Origin: Acinetobacter wanghuae
GTDB taxonomy: Bacteria > Pseudomonadota > Gammaproteobacteria > Pseudomonadales > Moraxellaceae
Direction: 5' to 3'
Length of the DNA: 32,000 nucleotides
Assembly: GCF_009557235.1 (NCBI RefSeq)
Contig: NZ_CP045650.1
Span: forward strand, 2,640,001 to 2,672,000
The position numbers and the translations under genes were made by a program. The notes beneath the pieces were generated by a model. It did no database searches. It worked only from the letters and a program-made list of their open reading frames with translations, and was not told the origin of the DNA. Shown here in pieces: positions 27,389 through 32,000 of this stretch. Position 1 is the first letter of the stretch; each line of letters starts with the position of its first letter.

Positions 27389-29054
27389 GATCTTTTCCCA
27401 TCAAAATTTGGATTAATCCTTGTGTCGATGCATCAAGTTTAGATAAATCGGTTTGTTCAGCATTTAAAATTGGCAGCAATTGGTTGGCAATTTCCTTACC
27501 TTTTTCAACGCCCCATTGATCAAATGGATTAATATTCCAAAGCACAGATTGAACAAATACTTTATGTTCATAAAGTGCAATCAGCATACCTAAGCTATAC
27601 GGATTCAACTCTTCAAGTAATATCGTGGTACTTGGTTGATTCCCTTCATATTGCTTATAGCGTGGCAAATCTTTGATTTCTTCTTGATCAAGTACTTGAT
27701 TGCCAAATGCCAATAAGCGAGATTGTGCCAAACAATTCGACAGTGCTAAATGATGCTGCTGAATTAATGCATCGGCATTGTCAACATAGGTAAATTGCTG
27801 TGCGTTGTAACGCTGAATCGGTGCAATAAAATCACTGCTTACGGCTTGTGAACCTTGATGCAACAATTGATAAAAAGCATGTTGTGCATTTGGACCAACT
27901 TCGCCCCAAATAATCGGGCAAGTCGTCCATTCAACTTTTTCGCCATTGCGCTGAATCGATTTCCCATTCGATTCCATTTCAAGCTGCTGTAAATATGGAG
28001 CAAAATATTTTAAACGCCCGTCATAGGGTAAAACTGCATGGGTCTGAATGTCTAAAAAATTGCTATTCCAAGCACTAAGTAACCCCATGAGTACAGGGAT
28101 ATTTTGCTCAAAAGGTTCGGTTTGGAAATGCTCATCTACTACGTGCGCACCTGCAAGTAAATGTTTAAAACCATCTACCCCAATCGTCAATGCAATGGGC
28201 AACCCGATACATGACCAGAGTGAATAACGTCCACCGACCCAATCCCAAAGTAAAAGTTGCTTCTCTGAATGAATGCCCCACTCTGTCATTTTTTCAGGTT
28301 TGGTCGACACACCCACAAAGTGATGTTTTAGCATTTGAGCCGATTGACCTAAAGATTTTTCTAGCCACAGTCGTGCTGTTTGCGCATTCGATAAGGTATC
28401 GATCGTACCAAATGACTTGGATGAAATAATAAAAAGCGTCGTTTCAGGACGCAGCTTATGTAATATTTCAGAGAGCTGACTACCATCAATAGTTGATACA
28501 AAGTGAACGTTTAAAGGCTTGACTGTTTTTTGCTTAAAATCAGATAAAGCTTGGGTAACCATGAGCGGCCCAAGGTCCGAGCCACCTACACCGATATTCA
28601 CAACATCCTGAATCACTTCACCTGTCACACCGCGACATTGCCCATCATGGATTTGTTCAACAAGTTGGTACATGCGTTCCAATTGTTCATGAACGAAGCC
28701 TGCTGTTTGCTGATGTTTTTGGGTATTTTTAGGTAACCGCAAAGCCCAATGCATGGCAGCACGCTGCTCAGTATAGTTGATTGCTTCCGTTGAAAATAAG
28801 CGTTTGATCCAAGGCTGAAGTTCAGCAACGTGTGCCCATTGAATCAAATGTTTGAGGACTGTGCTATCAACACGCTGCTTACTATAATCGAAAACTAAAG
28901 GTGCAAGCTTAACGCTTAAAGTCTCAAAGCGATTATCATGCGCTTTAAAAAACTCTTTCAGGTGTTTGGGTTTGATTCGATTTTTTAATTCTTCTAATTT
29001 AAATAAAACCGTATCCATATCTTCCACTGCGTAAGGATGCATTTTTGCCACCAT
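27381..29054 (-). CDS. pgi: Glucose-6-phosphate isomerase
   Basis: 557 aa with [23 protein letters not shown] and [11 protein letters not shown]. Confidence 0.94.
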   Translation of the reverse strand: MVAKMHPYAVEDMDTVLFKLEELKNRIKPKHLKEFFKAHDNRFETLSVKLAPLVFDYSKQRVDSTVLKHLIQWAHVAELQPWIKRLFSTEAINYTEQRAAMHWALRLPKNTQKHQQTAGFVHEQLERMYQLVEQIHDGQCRGVTGEVIQDVVNIGVGGSDLGPLMVTQALSDFKQKTVKPLNVHFVSTIDGSQLSEILHKLRPETTLFIISSKSFGTIDTLSNAQTARLWLEKSLGQSAQMLKHHFVGVSTKPEKMTEWGIHSEKQLLLWDWVGGRYSLWSCIGLPIALTIGVDGFKHLLAGAHVVDEHFQTEPFEQNIPVLMGLLSAWNSNFLDIQTHAVLPYDGRLKYFAPYLQQLEMESNGKSIQRNGEKVEWTTCPIIWGEVGPNAQHAFYQLLHQGSQAVSSDFIAPIQRYNAQQFTYVDNADALIQQHHLALSNCLAQSRLLAFGNQVLDQEEIKDLPRYKQYEGNQPSTTILLEELNPYSLGMLIALYEHKVFVQSVLWNINPFDQWGVEKGKEIANQLLPILNAEQTDLSKLDASTQGLIQILMGKDHV

Positions 29055-30310
29055 TAGCGTCCTACCCCTATATAAGCGAAACCTTGTGATTTAACATATT
29101 CAGGATCATAAATATTACGCCCATCCAAGATTAATGGATGCTGCATAATTTTCAATAAATCTTTGTAATTTGGACTCCAATACTGCTTCCATGCGGTTAA
29201 CAAGCATAACGCATGAGCACCTTGAGCCGCTTCATATTGATTGGTACAGTAAACCAAATCATCACGATGACCATATACTTTTTCAATTTCAGCCAGCGCC
29301 TGTGGATCATGTAGACGTACAGTGACACCTTGTGCCCAAAATGCTTTAAGCATGATATGTACAGGGGATTGTTGGATACGTGAGGTATTTTCTTTAAAAG
29401 AAGCACCCCAAATGGCGACTGTTTTACCTTCTAAATCGCCATGGTAATAATTCCAAAGCTTTCTAAATAACAGTTCTTTTTGTTGCTCATTAATGTCCCA
29501 AACTTGCGCGAGCAATTGGCTCTTCGCACCCGCTCCTGAAACAGTATTCGCAAGTGTTAAAATATCATGCGAGAAATTTTCACCGCCAAAACCTGCACCC
29601 GGATATAAATACGAACTACCAATACGACTATCCGCCGCCATACCCTGACGGACATATTCAATATCAATACCGAGTTTTTCAGCGACAACGGCTAAATCAT
29701 TAATATAACTAATGCGTGTTGCCAACATCCCTGAGATACTGAGCTTAGTAAACTCGGCATCTAATATGGGCATAAATAAATATTGTTGCTCACGTGAAAA
29801 TAAGGGACGTAATAATTCTTTTAGTAGCACTTGTGCACTACTTTTTTCACACCCGACAATCAGTTGTTCCGCCTGAATAAAACTCGTAAGTGCATTACCT
29901 TCCTGAATAATATCAGGCAAATATACCCACTCATCTTGCGGCAGATATTGTTTTAATTGTTCTGTGCCATGTAAACCCAGTGTCGAGGCATTAATCATGA
30001 GTTTAGGATGGATAATCGTCCGTTGACCAATTTCTTTGATCAACTCAATACCTAAATCGACTTCAGTCGGATTAAAACTAAAAATATAGCTATCAATATC
30101 TAAAGGAATATCTTGAAGGGTACAGTACTGTAGAAACTCATTTTGCTCTTGTTTAACTAATAAGTTCTTGACCGCTTCATCCTGAGCAAAGACATGTTCT
30201 GATGTATTTTTTAAAAATACATCACACCAATACACTTGATGACCGTATTCAGCCAATACACCTGCCAATACACCTGAATAAAGTGTTCTACCAAATACTG
30301 CAACCTTCAT
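29054..30310 (-). CDS. ugd: UDP-glucose 6-dehydrogenase-like protein (K-locus Ugd position) with non-canonical active-site and NAD motifs
   Basis: 418 aa, colinear with the UDP-glucose/GDP-mannose dehydrogenase family ([34 protein letters not shown]-terminal [10 protein letters not shown]...IGVGR). However, [10 protein letters not shown] replaces G(F/Y)GGSCFxKD, and GRTLYSG replaces GxGxxG. The stop overlaps the gpi start (TAATG). Confidence 0.8.
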   Translation of the reverse strand: MKVAVFGRTLYSGVLAGVLAEYGHQVYWCDVFLKNTSEHVFAQDEAVKNLLVKQEQNEFLQYCTLQDIPLDIDSYIFSFNPTEVDLGIELIKEIGQRTIIHPKLMINASTLGLHGTEQLKQYLPQDEWVYLPDIIQEGNALTSFIQAEQLIVGCEKSSAQVLLKELLRPLFSREQQYLFMPILDAEFTKLSISGMLATRISYINDLAVVAEKLGIDIEYVRQGMAADSRIGSSYLYPGAGFGGENFSHDILTLANTVSGAGAKSQLLAQVWDINEQQKELLFRKLWNYYHGDLEGKTVAIWGASFKENTSRIQQSPVHIMLKAFWAQGVTVRLHDPQALAEIEKVYGHRDDLVYCTNQYEAAQGAHALCLLTAWKQYWSPNYKDLLKIMQHPLILDGRNIYDPEYVKSQGFAYIGVGR

Positions 30311-30321
30311 ATAATGACCTA

Positions 30322-31197
30322 TTAAAGTGCCAGTTCTTTAATCATAGCTTTAAATTCTGTACCTAATTTTGGATGATCAACCCCGTAGTATAATACTGCT
30401 TTTAAGTAACCAAGCTTACTACCACAGTCAAAGGTTTGACCTTTCATACGGTAAGCCTCTACCACATCAGTCTGTTGCAGCATCGCAATTGCATCTGTAA
30501 GTTGAATTTCATTGCCTGCACCTTTAGGGGTTTGCTCCAAAAGCTGCATAATTTTAGCGGGTAGAATATAACGACCAACCACTGACAAATTAGAAGGTGC
30601 TTTATCCACTGCTGGCTTTTCTACAATCCCTTGCATTTGAATACTTTCACCTTCCGCAGGCGATTTAGCAACATCAACAATACCGTATTGATCGACTAGA
30701 TGATTTGGTACAGCTTCCACCATAATTTGTGATGCTTGTGATGCTTCAAAACGTTTAATCATCAGACTTAAATCATTTTCTCCATCTGAATCTTTCACCA
30801 ATACATCAGGCAGTAATACAGCAAAATCGTCTGTACCTACAACAGCTTTAGCACATAACACTGCATGCCCTAAACCAAGTGGTTGCGGTTGACGCACACT
30901 AATCACTTTGACATGCGAGGGTAAAATTTCTGTGATTTCTTTGAGCAGGTCAAATTTCTTTTTATTTTCTAAAGTCGTTTCTAGCTCAAAGTTACGGTCA
31001 AAGTAGTTTTCAATAGACGCTTTTGAAGAATGGGTCACTAAAATAATTTCTTCGATACCTGCAGCAACTGCTTCACGTACCACGTACTCAATGGCTGGAC
31101 GGTCAACAACAGTGACCATTTCTTTAGGAATGGATTTACTTGCTGGTAAAAAACGTGTGCCTAGTCCTGCGACAGGTAAAATTGCTTTTTTGATCAT
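30322..31197 (-). CDS. galU: UTP-glucose-1-phosphate uridylyltransferase
   Basis: 291 aa with AILPVAGLGTRFLPASKSIPKEM and a canonical GalU layout. Confidence 0.94.
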   Translation of the reverse strand: MIKKAILPVAGLGTRFLPASKSIPKEMVTVVDRPAIEYVVREAVAAGIEEIILVTHSSKASIENYFDRNFELETTLENKKKFDLLKEITEILPSHVKVISVRQPQPLGLGHAVLCAKAVVGTDDFAVLLPDVLVKDSDGENDLSLMIKRFEASQASQIMVEAVPNHLVDQYGIVDVAKSPAEGESIQMQGIVEKPAVDKAPSNLSVVGRYILPAKIMQLLEQTPKGAGNEIQLTDAIAMLQQTDVVEAYRMKGQTFDCGSKLGYLKAVLYYGVDHPKLGTEFKAMIKELAL

Positions 31198-31377
31198 CTT
31201 GCCTTAGCCCAATATAAGTTCTTTACACTTGAACATACTATGTTTGAAAAATAGAACACATAAAATGATATTTACAAATCAAAAAGATATATATTCAAAA
31301 TATCTAGATGAAAATCTTACCAAATTTGCTACAATATGGCTATCAAATAAATTTTGAGCTTGGTGAGGTACAATAAA

Positions 31378-32000
31378 ATGACGGAAATAAAACTTAATAA
31401 TAAAATTCCGCGAATATCTAAACGATTATTTGACATTATTTTTTCAATTTCATGTTTAATTATATTATCCCCATTACTTGTTACTTTGTATTTCATTGTT
31501 ATTCGGGATGGCGGACCCGCTTTTTACGGACATGAACGAGTAGGACGTAACGGTAAGAAGTTTAAATGCCTTAAATTTAGATCTATGTCTGTCAACTCCC
31601 AAGAACTACTAAATGAATTACTTATGAATAATCCTTCCGCTCGCAAAGAGTGGGAAACGACCTTTAAATTAAAACAAGACCCGCGTGTTACACCTATTGG
31701 AGAATTCTTAAGAAAAACAAGCTTGGATGAGTTGCCGCAACTAGTTAATATACTTAAAGGCGAAATGAGTACTGTAGGCCCTAGACCTGTTACGCAGCAA
31801 GAATTACCCATGTATGACCAATTCATTCACTATTATTTGAGCAGTAAACCAGGTTTAACAGGCCTTTGGCAAGTTAGCGGACGTAGTGATGTTGATTATA
31901 ATACACGTGTCAAATTAGATACAGATTATGTAATGTATTGGTCATTTATTAAAGACATTATTATTATTTTAAAAACGGTAAAAGTTGTATTTAAAAAAGA
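31378..32000 (+). CDS. Initiating phosphoglycosyl transferase (small monotopic bacterial sugar transferase, ItrA/PglC/WbaP-C-terminal type); 3' end beyond the window
   Basis: Not in the ORF track because it has no stop. ATG at 31378 with GAGG upstream, and I translated 207 open codons by hand: MTEIKLNNKIPRISKRLFDIIFS...FRSM...DPRVTPIGEFLRKTSLDELPQLVNILKGEMSTVGPRP...GLTGLWQVSGR. The antisense track ORF 31524-31826 is an artefact. Confidence 0.88.
   Translation, partial: MTEIKLNNKIPRISKRLFDIIFSISCLIILSPLLVTLYFIVIRDGGPAFYGHERVGRNGKKFKCLKFRSMSVNSQELLNELLMNNPSARKEWETTFKLKQDPRVTPIGEFLRKTSLDELPQLVNILKGEMSTVGPRPVTQQELPMYDQFIHYYLSSKPGLTGLWQVSGRSDVDYNTRVKLDTDYVMYWSFIKDIIIILKTVKVVFKK

Noticed and set aside
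31524-31826. 100-aa minus-strand ORF.
   Set aside because: It is antisense to the strongly supported sugar-transferase CDS (31378 onward), which carries the DELPQL and VGPRP motifs.
1-32000. CRISPR arrays, rRNA genes, prophage or conjugative modules, toxin-antitoxin pairs.
   Set aside because: I saw no regularly spaced direct repeats and no rRNA-like sequence. No phage, integrase or relaxase genes and no small adjacent two-gene cassettes appear when reading the window and the ORF track.

Overview
This is a chromosomal segment that looks like an Acinetobacter species. That assignment is an inference from gene content and order: a galU-ugd-gpi-gne1...pgm capsule-locus module, a small IS1-family element, and roughly 40% GC by eye.

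Gene content, left to right:
- a pirin gene
- a perfect parS site
- two tandem membrane-bound GGDEF diguanylate cyclases
- a ~1.5-kb AT-rich islet whose HNH-nuclease gene has been split by an 816-bp IS1-family element (8-bp target duplication; the original 224-codon ORF can be rebuilt exactly)
- guaA
- small envelope/stress genes (ygiW-like, doxX, dedA, lysE-family)
- a bolA / sirB2-like / parA-like / lipoprotein string
- two tandem tRNA-Gly(GCC) genes
- a DUF2132/VF530 gene, an alpha/beta hydrolase and an ExaC/AcoD-type aldehyde dehydrogenase
- ribBX-ribH-nusB-thiL-pgpA-glmU-glmS
- pgm and, convergent to it, the conserved end of a capsule (K) locus (wzi-gne1-gpi-ugd-galU)
- a divergent initiating phosphoglycosyl-transferase gene running off the right edge (not in the ORF track because it has no stop)

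I saw no rRNA, CRISPR array, prophage or integrase. I cannot point to a convincing multi-gene novel system.

The most unusual items are:
- the IS-disrupted orphan HNH nuclease islet next to guaA
- a Ugd-like ORF lacking the catalytic Cys and the GxGxxG NAD loop
- wzi embedded in the K-locus module
- an orphan ParA-like ATPase coupled to a glycine-zipper lipoprotein
- a RibBX-type dead GTP-cyclohydrolase domain
- the canonical parS site

All homology statements come from by-eye motif recognition. No searches were run.
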